Assembly (NCBI GenBank): GCA_964537935.1
Contig: CAZICT010000001.1
Coordinates: 200,228 to 264,227 of the forward strand
Reading direction: 5' to 3'
Source of the DNA: an uncultured Candidatus Saccharibacteria bacterium
GTDB taxonomy: Bacteria; Patescibacteriota; Saccharimonadia; Saccharimonadales; CAZICT01
Length of the DNA: 64,000 nucleotides
Part shown: piece by piece, positions 9,336 to 18,985 of the stretch
Layout of the letters: each line of letters begins with the position of its first letter
How positions within the stretch are numbered: the stretch's first letter is position 1
The notes under the pieces: model-generated
Database searches by the model: none
Told to the model about the DNA's origin: nothing
Seen by the model: only the letters and a program-made list of their open reading frames with translations
Translations under genes and position numbers: made by a program

Positions 9336-9809
9336 ATGACCATGAAAGCCCTGACCTTGTTATTTTTGCTGAAAGAAGACAAAGTATTGCTGGCTATGAA
9401 AAAACGTGGTTTTGGCGCAGGGCGCTGGAACGGCGTTGGCGGCAAGCTTGATGCTGGCGAAACAGTAGAGCAGGCTCTGGTGCGCGAAACCCAGGAAGAA
9501 ATATCCGTAACGCCGTTAGTTTATGAAAAAATGGCCGAAATAACTTTTAATGAATTCCATAATGACCAGCCGTCACAGATGTTGGTGCATATTTACACGG
9601 CTTCCTCCTGGGAAGGGGAGCCGACCGAATCGGAAGAAATGTCGCCTCATTGGTTCAATAAAAACGAACTGCCGTTTGATGACATGTGGCCTGACGACTC
9701 GTTCTGGCTGCCCCAAGTCCTGGAGGGCAAAAAGCTTCGCTGTGAGTTCACATTAGACGAAAACGACACTATAATTTCCTCTGAAATAGCTGAAGTCACA
9801 GAGTTTTGA
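9336..9809 (+). CDS. NUDIX 8-oxo-dGTP diphosphatase (MTH1-like)
   Basis: LLAMKKRGFGAGRWNGVGGK, Nudix box GETVEQALVRETQEE, ESEEM, MWPDD.FWLP. Confidence 0.9.
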   Translation: MTMKALTLLFLLKEDKVLLAMKKRGFGAGRWNGVGGKLDAGETVEQALVRETQEEISVTPLVYEKMAEITFNEFHNDQPSQMLVHIYTASSWEGEPTESEEMSPHWFNKNELPFDDMWPDDSFWLPQVLEGKKLRCEFTLDENDTIISSEIAEVTEF

Positions 9810-10531
9810 TTATGAAACAACGCCCATTCGCAGTCTTTGACATCGACGGAACACTAATCCGTTGGCAGCTTTATCACGCCATCGCCGATTCGCTTGCTAA
9901 GAGCGGGCATTTAAAAAAATCAATCTACGATGAAGTCCGTAATGCTCGCATGTCGTGGAAGCGGCGCGAACATGGTGATGCCTTTAAGGTTTATGAATCT
10001 CGTATGGTTGAAGCCTATGAACAAATGTTCGAAAGCCTCAGTGTAGAACAATTTTTAGAAGCTGCCGAACTGGTATTTACAGAATACAAAGACCAGGTTT
10101 ATACCTATACCCGGGCTTTGATTTCTTCGCTCAAAAAGCAGGAATATCTGATGTTTGCGATTTCCGGATCGCAGCATGAAGTAGTTAAGATGATAGCCGA
10201 TTATTATGAATTTGATGACTTTCAAGGCACTGTTTACGAGCAGGCAGACGGACGTTTTACTGGCCAAAAGCAAGTGGCATCACACATTAAGCAAACAGTG
10301 CTTCAGCGGTTGATTAAAAAACATAACGCAACCTTAAAAGGAAGTATCGGGGTAGGCGATAGCCCGGGTGATATTCCGATGCTCGAGATGGTCGAAAATC
10401 CAATTGCCTTCAATCCGGACAGTAAACTATTTGCCGCTGCTGCAGACAATGGCTGGGAGATCGTAATCGAGCGTAAAAATGTGGTGTATGAACTGGAGCC
10501 GAAGAACAACAACTACGTTCTTAAGAAATAA
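9806..10531 (+). CDS. HAD-IB family hydrolase (SerB-like)
   Basis: FDIDGTL, ISGS, VGDSPGDIPMLE.V..PIAFNP. Confidence 0.88.
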   Translation: MIMKQRPFAVFDIDGTLIRWQLYHAIADSLAKSGHLKKSIYDEVRNARMSWKRREHGDAFKVYESRMVEAYEQMFESLSVEQFLEAAELVFTEYKDQVYTYTRALISSLKKQEYLMFAISGSQHEVVKMIADYYEFDDFQGTVYEQADGRFTGQKQVASHIKQTVLQRLIKKHNATLKGSIGVGDSPGDIPMLEMVENPIAFNPDSKLFAAAADNGWEIVIERKNVVYELEPKNNNYVLKK

Positions 10532-10536
10532 TTAGT

Positions 10537-10914
10537 TTAATTATTTTTCTGTTGATTGCGCTGTATAAGTTTTATAGTTTTGTGCAAGCCGTAGAGCGCG
10601 GTTCCGGTCACTAATATACCGGCACCGATTTCGCCTTTGTGTTTATTTGCGCTTTTAAGCAATACCCGGAATCTGCCATCTTCCTCTTGGGTTACTTCAC
10701 CAAAATCGTTTATATCATGCGTATGTTCGTCACCGTTGATATCCTTCAGTGTGCCATGAAGTTCATATCTTTCCCTTAAGCCTGGAAATTTTTCCTCAAG
10801 TCCGCGCCTGCATAAATCAATAATGTCAGTAATACCTTGCTTGATAACTCCCGGATTATCGCCATTCACTACCAGCAAATCTTCGTCTGTTGCTTCGTTA
10901 AACTGCTCTGTCAT
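10537..10914 (-). CDS. Hypothetical protein with short C-terminal hydrophobic segment
   Basis: 125-aa ORF filling the gap; TATAAC just upstream of the ATG. Confidence 0.6.
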   Translation of the reverse strand: MTEQFNEATDEDLLVVNGDNPGVIKQGITDIIDLCRRGLEEKFPGLRERYELHGTLKDINGDEHTHDINDFGEVTQEEDGRFRVLLKSANKHKGEIGAGILVTGTALYGLHKTIKLIQRNQQKNN

Positions 10915-10939
10915 ATATCAAGTTATAACATATAAATAA

Positions 10940-11932
10940 TCAGTTGTCTAAAACATAGACTAATGGTTCAGGCAATGGGTCTTCTAGATTTTCAAACACT
11001 TCATCAATAAGCAGTTGAGCAAAGTCTTCATCGTAATCAGCGGTCTCTTCAAAATTGGTTAAATAGAATTTGGCTTGAGCGAACCACACTGGAAAAAGAC
11101 GGGTCATAAGATGAGCCAGTTCATGGATTATAATTCTGGCGGCTTTTTGGTTCGGATCACCGTGTCCTTCAAGCCATCCTGGAGCTATACCAATCCAGAA
11201 TGGACCCGGCGACCCGTTGGACGCTAGTGTGAAAAATGGATTATCAATATCAAGATTACCGTCGTGAATAAGCGGAGCAGTTATGCCGCGGCCGACAAAT
11301 TGTTCACCTGGCTTTATATCATCCTTATGAGTACGTGGTACCAAAAGCCCGTTTCTGTAATAAAAATGCGGTTTACTTACCGGAGATAAATTAAGCAGCG
11401 CTCCCTCTCGTTCTCGTCCAATTACCATACGTTCGTAATAGCATTCGACCAGCGTACGGATTTGAGGATTATCCGAATTATGGCGCAAATCAAACAGAAG
11501 GCTGAGTAATTCATCGAATTGCTGAGGGTCAAATTCAATCGGCCCATCACTCCGCAGTTTGATATTCAAACCTGTCATTTGGCTCTCGTACATGCCAATT
11601 TCATAAAAATTCATGTACCTTTCTGCGCCTAATACAGGGTTAGGAAAAGGTGTTTCAACTTCTTCATCTTCGGGCTCACTGACAATATCAGGCGGTGGTA
11701 AAAGTACGGTATTGGACTGCTCCCGGTGTGTCTCTATCTCTTCGGTTTGCAGTTCTTCCAGTGGGGGCAGCTCTTCGTCGCAACCATTAGGCATGATAAT
11801 AAGCTGTCCTTCTACAGGTTGAGCGATATCGCCACCGCTGCAGGCTGTCAGCGCTACTGACCCCAGCACAGCAATCGCCGTACATCGACGCCACCAGTTA
11901 TTGTATTCCGGAGTTGTTATATCCTCCTTCAT
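10940..11932 (-). CDS. Putative lipoprotein with HExxH zincin-like motif
   Basis: Start reassigned to MKEDITT (11932); lipobox-like VALTAC; IIIHELAH. Confidence 0.55.
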   Translation of the reverse strand: MKEDITTPEYNNWWRRCTAIAVLGSVALTACSGGDIAQPVEGQLIIMPNGCDEELPPLEELQTEEIETHREQSNTVLLPPPDIVSEPEDEEVETPFPNPVLGAERYMNFYEIGMYESQMTGLNIKLRSDGPIEFDPQQFDELLSLLFDLRHNSDNPQIRTLVECYYERMVIGREREGALLNLSPVSKPHFYYRNGLLVPRTHKDDIKPGEQFVGRGITAPLIHDGNLDIDNPFFTLASNGSPGPFWIGIAPGWLEGHGDPNQKAARIIIHELAHLMTRLFPVWFAQAKFYLTNFEETADYDEDFAQLLIDEVFENLEDPLPEPLVYVLDN

Positions 11933-11987
11933 TAATACCAGCATACCGTAAATTACTATTGCGAAGTGTTGTTGTTTATGTGTCAAT

Positions 11988-12794
11988 ATGTGTATGGAGC
12001 AAGAATTTTGGCAAAAACAAACTGATGGGAAGCCACTTTTTCCTGACATGTTGTGGAGTCGGCCGGAAAACAAGTTCCAAGCCGGGAAATTATTGATTAT
12101 CGGGGGCAACTTACATGGCTTTGCTGCACCTGCCGAAGCTTACCATGCGGCCGAAAAGGCCGGTGTAGGGACATCCCGGGTGATACTCCCGTTGGCCGTA
12201 AAAAAAATCGTCGGACATATATTGGAGAATGGTGAATTTGCCGCGAGTAATCCCAGCGGCAGCTTTGCCCAGCAAGCCTTGTCTGAGTTTCTCGACCATG
12301 CCCTGTGGGCGGATGGAGTGTTGTTTGCCGGAGATCTGGGCAGAAATTCCGAAACCGCCATTGTCATAGAAAAATTTACGGGCAGATACAGCAGTCCTTT
12401 GGTGCTAACCAAGGGTGCAGTTGATTATTACGTCCAGTTTTCTAAACAGCTTGAAGACAAACGGAATCATTTGCTGGTAATAACTATTGCCCAGCTACAA
12501 AGGTTGGCAATTAATCATAGATTTACCACCGCTTTTACGTATCAGATGACCCTGCAGCAACTTATCCAGGCACTTCATCAGTTCAGCTTGCAAAACAATA
12601 TTTATCTGGTTACCAAATACCATGACAACATTCTGGTTGTCGTTAACGGAGAAGTAGCGATTCACAAATTAAACAGCAACAAAGAGGCCTGGCGGGTAGC
12701 TACAGCTGCGGCAGCCGCTACCTGGTGGCTGCAAAACCCACAGCAACCCTTCAAGGCTATAACAACCGCCGTTTATGAAGCTTTTAGCAGCTGA
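11988..12794 (+). CDS. YjeF-C/NnrD-like carbohydrate kinase family protein (divergent)
   Basis: RPENKFQAGKLLIIGGN...AAEKAGVG N-terminal NnrD pattern. Confidence 0.7.
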   Translation: MCMEQEFWQKQTDGKPLFPDMLWSRPENKFQAGKLLIIGGNLHGFAAPAEAYHAAEKAGVGTSRVILPLAVKKIVGHILENGEFAASNPSGSFAQQALSEFLDHALWADGVLFAGDLGRNSETAIVIEKFTGRYSSPLVLTKGAVDYYVQFSKQLEDKRNHLLVITIAQLQRLAINHRFTTAFTYQMTLQQLIQALHQFSLQNNIYLVTKYHDNILVVVNGEVAIHKLNSNKEAWRVATAAAAATWWLQNPQQPFKAITTAVYEAFSS

Positions 12795-12832
12795 TTTTAA
12801 ACTCAGGGCTATATATTAATTTCAATAGTCGC

Positions 12833-12919
12833 TGGTGCCGCGGGAGAGAATCGAACTCTCACAAGGTTGCCCTTACGGGATTTTGAGTCCCGCGCGTCTA
12901 CCAATTCCGCCACCGCGGC
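12833..12919 (-). tRNA. tRNA-Leu(CAA)
   Basis: Reverse complement GCCGCGGTGGCGGAATTGGTAGACGCG-CGGGA-CTCAAAA-TCCCG...GTTCGATT...CCGCGGCACCA. Confidence 0.95.
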
Positions 12920-13082
12920 ACAAGCCATTATTGAAGCAACGCGTAAACTTAAATAGTCTTTGGCGTCGAATTATTAAGTATCCAAGAACCGCATTATTGT
13001 ACTACACTAGTCCAAAGAGGGGCAAAAATTCACCCTTAAGCACTATTAATTTTGAACGTTTTATTATATAATAATATCGTCT

Positions 13083-14315
13083 ATGAGTAATTACTCCAAC
13101 CCATTATTTCCATCGAACAAAGACGACGATTCATCTAAGCCGGGCCCGAAGCCACATAACAAGCCGGGAGCAGATGAAGCGGTGGAGTTATTGCGCCAAA
13201 AAATCAACAAACTTTATGGCAAAGAACCGGACGCTAAAGAAGAAATTAAAGAGGCTAAAGCTCACACCCGTCCACAGTCTAAGCATCAGCAGTTTATGTT
13301 CAACCTCAGCAATTCCGGAAAGTCTTTAGCTGAGATACAAACCGAATGGCACAACTATTATGTTGGGCTACCTGATGAAGAAAAACATCAGGTTTGGCAA
13401 GAGTTTTACGCCGACCACGGCCGATCGGTTAGTTATCAGTCACCCAATGCTAATCCAAATCAACAGCCTATTTCAGCAGCTGCTGATAAGCCACAGGTCC
13501 ACCATATAACGCCCGGGAGCAGTATTCAGGAGACCGACAAGCGTACAAAGAAGCAAATCAAATCGTCTATTATCCGAAATATAAAAAGTCGCTCTCAAAG
13601 CTCACAGCAAAAACAGAGCCCGCTTAAATCGTTAATGTTCGGGTTTGGCATGGGAATGATTGTGTTGGTAATCATGCTGTTCGGCTTTTTTAACGAGCGA
13701 TTTATTGCCCCGTTTATAACGCCTAGCCGGAATGTCAGTATCACACCAATAGTCGCTGGCAGCAGCACAACCGTAAGTCCTGATCCGAAAATCATTATTC
13801 CAAAAATTAACGTCGAGATTCCGGTTATATTTGATGAACCTTCCATAAGCGAAGATGCGATTCAGCGTGCACTCGAAGAAGGAGTAGTTCACTATGCCAC
13901 CACCTCCAAGCCGGGCGAGAAGGGAAATGGTGCTATCTTTGGTCATTCAAGCAATAACATTCTCAACCGCGGAAAATATAAGTTTGCATTTGCTTTACTA
14001 AACCGACTGGAAGAAGGCGACACCTTCATAGTCCAACACAATAGCAAACAATATGTTTATAGGATTTATAAAACCCATGTCGTACCCCCAACGGAAGTTT
14101 CGGTACTTAACCCTCAGGAAAAACCGGCTACTATGACGCTTATCACCTGTGATCCGCCGGGCACCAGCCTGAACCGGCTTGTTGTCGTAGGTGAACAGAT
14201 TAGCCCCGATCCGGGAATTAATGTGGCCAGTACCGCCAAGAAAGTTGACGAAAAGGCGGCAGTTCTACCGAGCAATGCTCCTTCGCTTTGGGATAGAATC
14301 ACAAACTGGTTTTAA
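13083..14315 (+). CDS. Sortase with long cytoplasmic N-terminal extension
   Basis: TM helix followed by IIIPKINVEIP, GVVHY, IFGHSS, TLITC and catalytic R. Confidence 0.88.
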   Translation: MSNYSNPLFPSNKDDDSSKPGPKPHNKPGADEAVELLRQKINKLYGKEPDAKEEIKEAKAHTRPQSKHQQFMFNLSNSGKSLAEIQTEWHNYYVGLPDEEKHQVWQEFYADHGRSVSYQSPNANPNQQPISAAADKPQVHHITPGSSIQETDKRTKKQIKSSIIRNIKSRSQSSQQKQSPLKSLMFGFGMGMIVLVIMLFGFFNERFIAPFITPSRNVSITPIVAGSSTTVSPDPKIIIPKINVEIPVIFDEPSISEDAIQRALEEGVVHYATTSKPGEKGNGAIFGHSSNNILNRGKYKFAFALLNRLEEGDTFIVQHNSKQYVYRIYKTHVVPPTEVSVLNPQEKPATMTLITCDPPGTSLNRLVVVGEQISPDPGINVASTAKKVDEKAAVLPSNAPSLWDRITNWF

Positions 14316-14319
14316 GGAT

Positions 14320-15804
14320 TTAGCGATCGGCCGTGATGCGCATATGGGTTTGTAAAAACTCAGCACGTCCTTCGACAGCCGTTGACGGACCGATAGTGTA
14401 GAGGCGGCTATAATCCCGGTCATAGAAAGGCTTAAATGCCGCATATGAAGCACTGAGTTGCCGCTTGTTTATACCATCGTAATCAATCATGTATAACTTA
14501 TTTTGACTCACATACGCCAAACGATGACCATCTATCCAGCTTGCTATTTGATTGGCTGGTAATGCTTCATCGACAGTAAAGCGATATTGCTTGTCAAACT
14601 CAGCATCAAAAATCGCAAACTCACGACCGGACTGCACTGAGATAAAACGCGTATTTGACGAAAATGACAAGTGTCGAGGCTCGCCATCAGTTCTAAGTAA
14701 AGCTACCGGCATCGGACCAATATCGGATTTATCACGAGCCGCATCAAACCCGTTTTCATAAATATAGATAATCTTCCCGGATTTGGCACCGACCGCCATA
14801 TACCACCGGTCATCATAACGGGCAATATCAAGCAGATAGCCATTTGCCGATACCGGCAGGTTGCGCAAATCGTAAATGTCATCGCCTGTTTTAATTTTGA
14901 CAGTAACTTCATCTTTCTGACCGGTATCAGCAACGAAGATCAATTCGTTATCACCGTGTGATTTATAGGCCAGAACTCCGTCAGTTACAAGCTTAAGCTC
15001 GGTGTCAGGATATGCAGCCGCGAATAGTCGCTTCGACTCTGAATCATGCAAATAAAAGCGATCAAACTTCTTGTCCTGCAAGCTAACATTAGTGAACTGC
15101 ACATCTTTATATGTTGACGTTATATTGAAGCTTCGCTTAGGGTCTTCGTGATCAACCATGACGAACTCATGCCCGCCTTCGAAATCATGACGCAATAATA
15201 AGTGCCTATTATCGTTTGACCACTCGACAACTTTTAGGGAGACCGTTTCTGCATTGCCGCTAAATAAACCTGGGTCAAGTTTCGCAGTACGCATAAATGG
15301 TTCGTCAGGAGACAGATCGAACACGTCAAACTCCAGAGGTTTTGTACTGTTCTGAATTATTACCCATCTTCTATCCGGACTTTGTGAAGCCAAAGCTGGC
15401 TGCGCTGCGTATAAGTGGGTATTGGTACTTTCCAGCTTTTCTGGGACAAGGAAAGGGTAAACCAGACGTTCGATTTTTCCTCCGTCAAGATTGAATGTCC
15501 GGCTCCATGAATGATAACCTTCGCGTCTTAACTCAACTGTGTACTGACCTTCAGGCAGAACAAATCGCCCGCCGGTGCGGCCCTTCAGTTCACCATTAAT
15601 GAAAATTTCGGCCGATTCAGGATGGGCATCAACAAACAACAAGCCGTTTTGTATGATTTCTCCGGTGTTGCGATCGATGTCATACCCAGTCGCCTGGTAG
15701 AAAAGAGTTGTAGCGGCAAATGTCAAAGCAGTAGCAATGAGTCCATACCCGACAAACAGGCGAATACGGTGCGAACGGCGCTTTTTGGGGTCAAGAAAAT
15801 CCAT
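14320..15804 (-). CDS. PEGA-domain membrane-anchored protein with beta-propeller-like region
   Basis: N-terminal TM, GLLFVDAHPESAEIFING...LPEGQYTVELRREGYHSW (PEGA). Confidence 0.75.
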   Translation of the reverse strand: MDFLDPKKRRSHRIRLFVGYGLIATALTFAATTLFYQATGYDIDRNTGEIIQNGLLFVDAHPESAEIFINGELKGRTGGRFVLPEGQYTVELRREGYHSWSRTFNLDGGKIERLVYPFLVPEKLESTNTHLYAAQPALASQSPDRRWVIIQNSTKPLEFDVFDLSPDEPFMRTAKLDPGLFSGNAETVSLKVVEWSNDNRHLLLRHDFEGGHEFVMVDHEDPKRSFNITSTYKDVQFTNVSLQDKKFDRFYLHDSESKRLFAAAYPDTELKLVTDGVLAYKSHGDNELIFVADTGQKDEVTVKIKTGDDIYDLRNLPVSANGYLLDIARYDDRWYMAVGAKSGKIIYIYENGFDAARDKSDIGPMPVALLRTDGEPRHLSFSSNTRFISVQSGREFAIFDAEFDKQYRFTVDEALPANQIASWIDGHRLAYVSQNKLYMIDYDGINKRQLSASYAAFKPFYDRDYSRLYTIGPSTAVEGRAEFLQTHMRITADR

Positions 15805-15937
15805 AGATTAATACATAATAGTATAGCGTATAAAGATATAGAAGTTATTATTAAAGATAAGCAGTTAGGTATTGCGGGTTTTATTGATAGCCGCTAAGAT
15901 GGAGATACTGGATAAAACATTGAGGGTAAAAACATCA

Positions 15938-16987
15938 GTGGGCAATCGAACAAATGTGATTGTAATTAACGGCAAGCGATACGATGCGCGAACCGGAAAA
16001 CTACTACAAGAAACAACCGACCATACTCAAACAAAATCAAAACCGAGAACACCTGCGGCACCAAGCGGCGTGGTTGACGGCTTTAAAAAGCCGAACCGTT
16101 CAAGGAAACAGGTTCATGCACATACTGTTCACGGAAAACAAACCCGTTCACAAACTTTGATGCGCCACAGCGTAAAAAAGCCATCGCAATCAAAGCATAT
16201 ACCTACTCAGACTTCACTAGCCGCTTCGCCGGTTCAGAAAAAGCAGCATCCGTTTGTTAACGCCGTCAGAATGCAGCGCTCGGCCGATTTCCAAAAAAGT
16301 CATCTGGTATCCAAATTCAACCCTAAGGATTTTGCACCTGTAAAACAATCGCTTGAACATGTTCCCGTGGCTGAGGCTCCGCCGGCACAGGCACCGCCTG
16401 CAGATGCTCCCCGCCATTTACAAAGCAAAAAGCATGACTTTGAGGCAGCGCTTGCTAATGCTAATTCCCACCAGGAAAAACCGTTGCCAAAAAGAAAATT
16501 GCTGCATAAATTGACCGATAAGCTCCGAATTTCGCCTAAGCTCGCCAGCGCAGGAAGTGCGGCCCTGGCTATCGTACTGCTTGGCGGTTTCTTTGTTTAT
16601 CAGAATATTCCAACACTTGCCATGCGTGTTGCCGCTACTCGGTCAGGTGTAAATGCTCATCTGCCCGAATATCAACCGGCCGGTTTTGCCATGAGCGGTC
16701 CAATTCAGTACAGTCCCGGCCAAATTAGTATCAGTTTCCGCTCAAACACCGACAATCGTGAATATAAACTAACCCAGCGAACCTCTAGCTGGAACAGCGA
16801 AACCCTCTTAGAAAACTTTGTGGCCACCAATCGACGTCAATATCAAACTTTTCAGGATAAAGGAAAAACCATTTATATCTATGACGGTAGTAATGCCACA
16901 TGGGTTGACCGAGGTATTTGGTATAACATTGAGGGGAAATCCGCCCTCAACAGTGATCAGTTAATCCGTCTTGCGAATAGTCTTTGA
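15938..16987 (+). CDS. Membrane-anchored hypothetical protein (DUF4367-like C-terminus)
   Basis: Basic disordered N-terminus, one TM helix, LPEYQPAGF...ATWVDRGIWYNIEG..LNSDQLIRLANSL; GTG start assumed. Confidence 0.6.
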   Translation: MGNRTNVIVINGKRYDARTGKLLQETTDHTQTKSKPRTPAAPSGVVDGFKKPNRSRKQVHAHTVHGKQTRSQTLMRHSVKKPSQSKHIPTQTSLAASPVQKKQHPFVNAVRMQRSADFQKSHLVSKFNPKDFAPVKQSLEHVPVAEAPPAQAPPADAPRHLQSKKHDFEAALANANSHQEKPLPKRKLLHKLTDKLRISPKLASAGSAALAIVLLGGFFVYQNIPTLAMRVAATRSGVNAHLPEYQPAGFAMSGPIQYSPGQISISFRSNTDNREYKLTQRTSSWNSETLLENFVATNRRQYQTFQDKGKTIYIYDGSNATWVDRGIWYNIEGKSALNSDQLIRLANSL

Positions 16988-16992
16988 TTTGA

Positions 16993-17241
16993 TTGTTTAA
17001 GTATTTGTGTTATAATATAGTAGTGAATATACACTCTGCTTCAGAATCGGTTGAGTTTATTATTGAATCCGGGGAACTGGAGATAGTTCGAAACAGCCAA
17101 CAATCAACCGAAGTACCGTCAGAACACCAACCATTACCGGTAAATGAACTCAGCGCCCCGGAAATGGGAGTATTTGGCCTAGGCATAATCGCTTTAGGTG
17201 CTTTCAGCGTGTGGGCTGTACGGATGACTAACAAAAACTAG
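16993..17241 (+). CDS. Small hypothetical membrane protein
   Basis: C-terminal TM helix; start uncertain. Confidence 0.4.
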   Translation: MFKYLCYNIVVNIHSASESVEFIIESGELEIVRNSQQSTEVPSEHQPLPVNELSAPEMGVFGLGIIALGAFSVWAVRMTNKN

Positions 17242-17284
17242 CATATTATAAGCCGCTAATTGTTTGTCTGGTAAACTTATCTTA

Positions 17285-18718
17285 ATGTCAAAGACAGTCG
17301 TAACACGTTTTGCACCCAGCCCGACAGGGTACTTACACATCGGCGCCGTTCGTACCGCTTTGTTCGCCTGGTTGGTTGCTCGTCAAAACAACGGTGAATT
17401 CATTCTTCGGTTAGAAGATACTGACAAAAGCCGAGAAGTTGAAGGCGCTATCGCGCACATAGAAGAAAGTCTCCGCTGGCTAGGACTGGAATGGGATAAA
17501 GGCGGTTCTGAAAACAGAGGTGGAGAAGCCAAGTATCTGCAATCTGACCGTCTAGAAATTTACTTAAATTATGCAAAAAAGTTACTTGACGAAGGCAAAG
17601 CCTATGCCGATACAACGACTCCCGATCAGCTAAATGAATGGCGCGAGCAAGCTAAAGCCGAAAAGCGTCCGTTTCATTTCAACCAACATCGGCCAGAGCC
17701 AGTGGAGTGGCAGCCAGGGCTTCCGATTAGACTTAAACTAGACGCTTCTGAAAGCCCCTCTTGGCACGACCTGGTACGCGGCCCTCAGCCAGCCAGCCGC
17801 GAAAACATTGACGATTTTATAATCCTTAAGGCCGACGGCTATCCAACATATAACTTCGCTCATATAGTGGATGATTATGAAATGGGTGTCACGCATGTCA
17901 TCCGCGGTGAAGAGTTCATAAGTTCAATGCCGAAATTCCTGCTGCTCTATCAGGCTCTGGATATCACACCGCCGCTGTTTGCGCATTTACCCAATATTCT
18001 TGCCAAGGAAGGCAACAAAAAGCTCAGTAAGCGTGAGGGTGCACCGGATTTACTAACTTACCGTGACCATGGATACCTGCCGGAAGCAGTGATTAATTTT
18101 TTGGCACTTATGGGTTGGAACGATGGAACCGAGCAGGAAATTTATTCAGTAGATGAACTTATAGCTAAATTCGATTTGACGCGAGTACAAAAATCCGGCG
18201 CCCGCTATGATCTGGACAGGCTAAAGTGGATATCAGGCAACCACGTTCGTAAGCTACCGATTGATGAACTGTATGGAAAAACAGAAAGCTTTTGGCCGCT
18301 GGAATCGCTGAAATTCGACGATGAGTACAAAAAACAAGTGCTGAGTTTGGTTCAGGAACGCCTAAAATACTTTGCCGAATTACCTGAGCTAACTGGCTTT
18401 TTCTTTACGGACCTGCCGGTTAATCCGGAACTCATTAGCTCACACAAACAGCTTAAAAAACTCTCGTCAGAAGAATTAAAAGACCTGCTTGAGCAAACCA
18501 AAACTACTCTGGAAACGAGTGACTTTACCGCCGAAGATTTACAGACAAAGCTGAACGGTTTACTCGAAGCGACCGGTCAAAAACCGGCGGTATTATTCAG
18601 TCTTATCCGTATAGCTACCACTCAAGCTCCGGCCAGTCCTGGTCTCGCCGACACCATGGCCGTCCTTGGCCGCGAAACAACCCTCCGCCGCCTAGACAAA
18701 CAGCTTGCAGCGTTATAA
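17285..18718 (+). CDS. gltX: Glutamate--tRNA ligase
   Basis: TRFAPSPTGYLHIG, RLEDTD, THVIRGEE, KLSKR. Confidence 0.96.
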   Translation: MSKTVVTRFAPSPTGYLHIGAVRTALFAWLVARQNNGEFILRLEDTDKSREVEGAIAHIEESLRWLGLEWDKGGSENRGGEAKYLQSDRLEIYLNYAKKLLDEGKAYADTTTPDQLNEWREQAKAEKRPFHFNQHRPEPVEWQPGLPIRLKLDASESPSWHDLVRGPQPASRENIDDFIILKADGYPTYNFAHIVDDYEMGVTHVIRGEEFISSMPKFLLLYQALDITPPLFAHLPNILAKEGNKKLSKREGAPDLLTYRDHGYLPEAVINFLALMGWNDGTEQEIYSVDELIAKFDLTRVQKSGARYDLDRLKWISGNHVRKLPIDELYGKTESFWPLESLKFDDEYKKQVLSLVQERLKYFAELPELTGFFFTDLPVNPELISSHKQLKKLSSEELKDLLEQTKTTLETSDFTAEDLQTKLNGLLEATGQKPAVLFSLIRIATTQAPASPGLADTMAVLGRETTLRRLDKQLAAL

Positions 18719-18721
18719 GTA

Positions 18722-18959
18722 ATGCTCTGAAGGTTCTTTACTGAAGAGCCGTACATTGACAGCACCTAAATAGCGACAAACGGTTCGGTTATATAATTTT
18801 AATCCCGGTGAGGCTAAAGCTTCGACTATATTTGGTCACTGCTTGACTGCGTCGGTTTTTAGAAAACTGAAAGAAGCTTAATGTAAAAATAATTTACCTT
18901 TCGTCCTGGCGCCTGCCTGCCGTAGCCTTACGGAGGAGGGGACTCATCAGCATGAACAC
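18722..18959 (-). ncRNA. Hammerhead ribozyme-like motif (type I topology, long loop III)
   Basis: Minus strand: CUGAUGA (18950-18944), stem II GUCC/GGAC, GAAA (18902-18899), stem III GGU/ACC, CUU triplet, stem I GUGUUC-A-UG/CAGAGCAU. Confidence 0.6.
18912..18939. repeat. REP-like palindrome inserted in hammerhead loop II
   Basis: CCTGCCTGCCGTA-GCCT-TACGGAGGAGG imperfect hairpin. Confidence 0.6.
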
Positions 18960-18985
18960 ACAATCTTAGCTAAATAATTGTCTCG

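Noticed and set aside
12835-13071. 78-aa ORF MPRERIELSQ...
   Set aside because: Antisense translation of tRNA-Leu.
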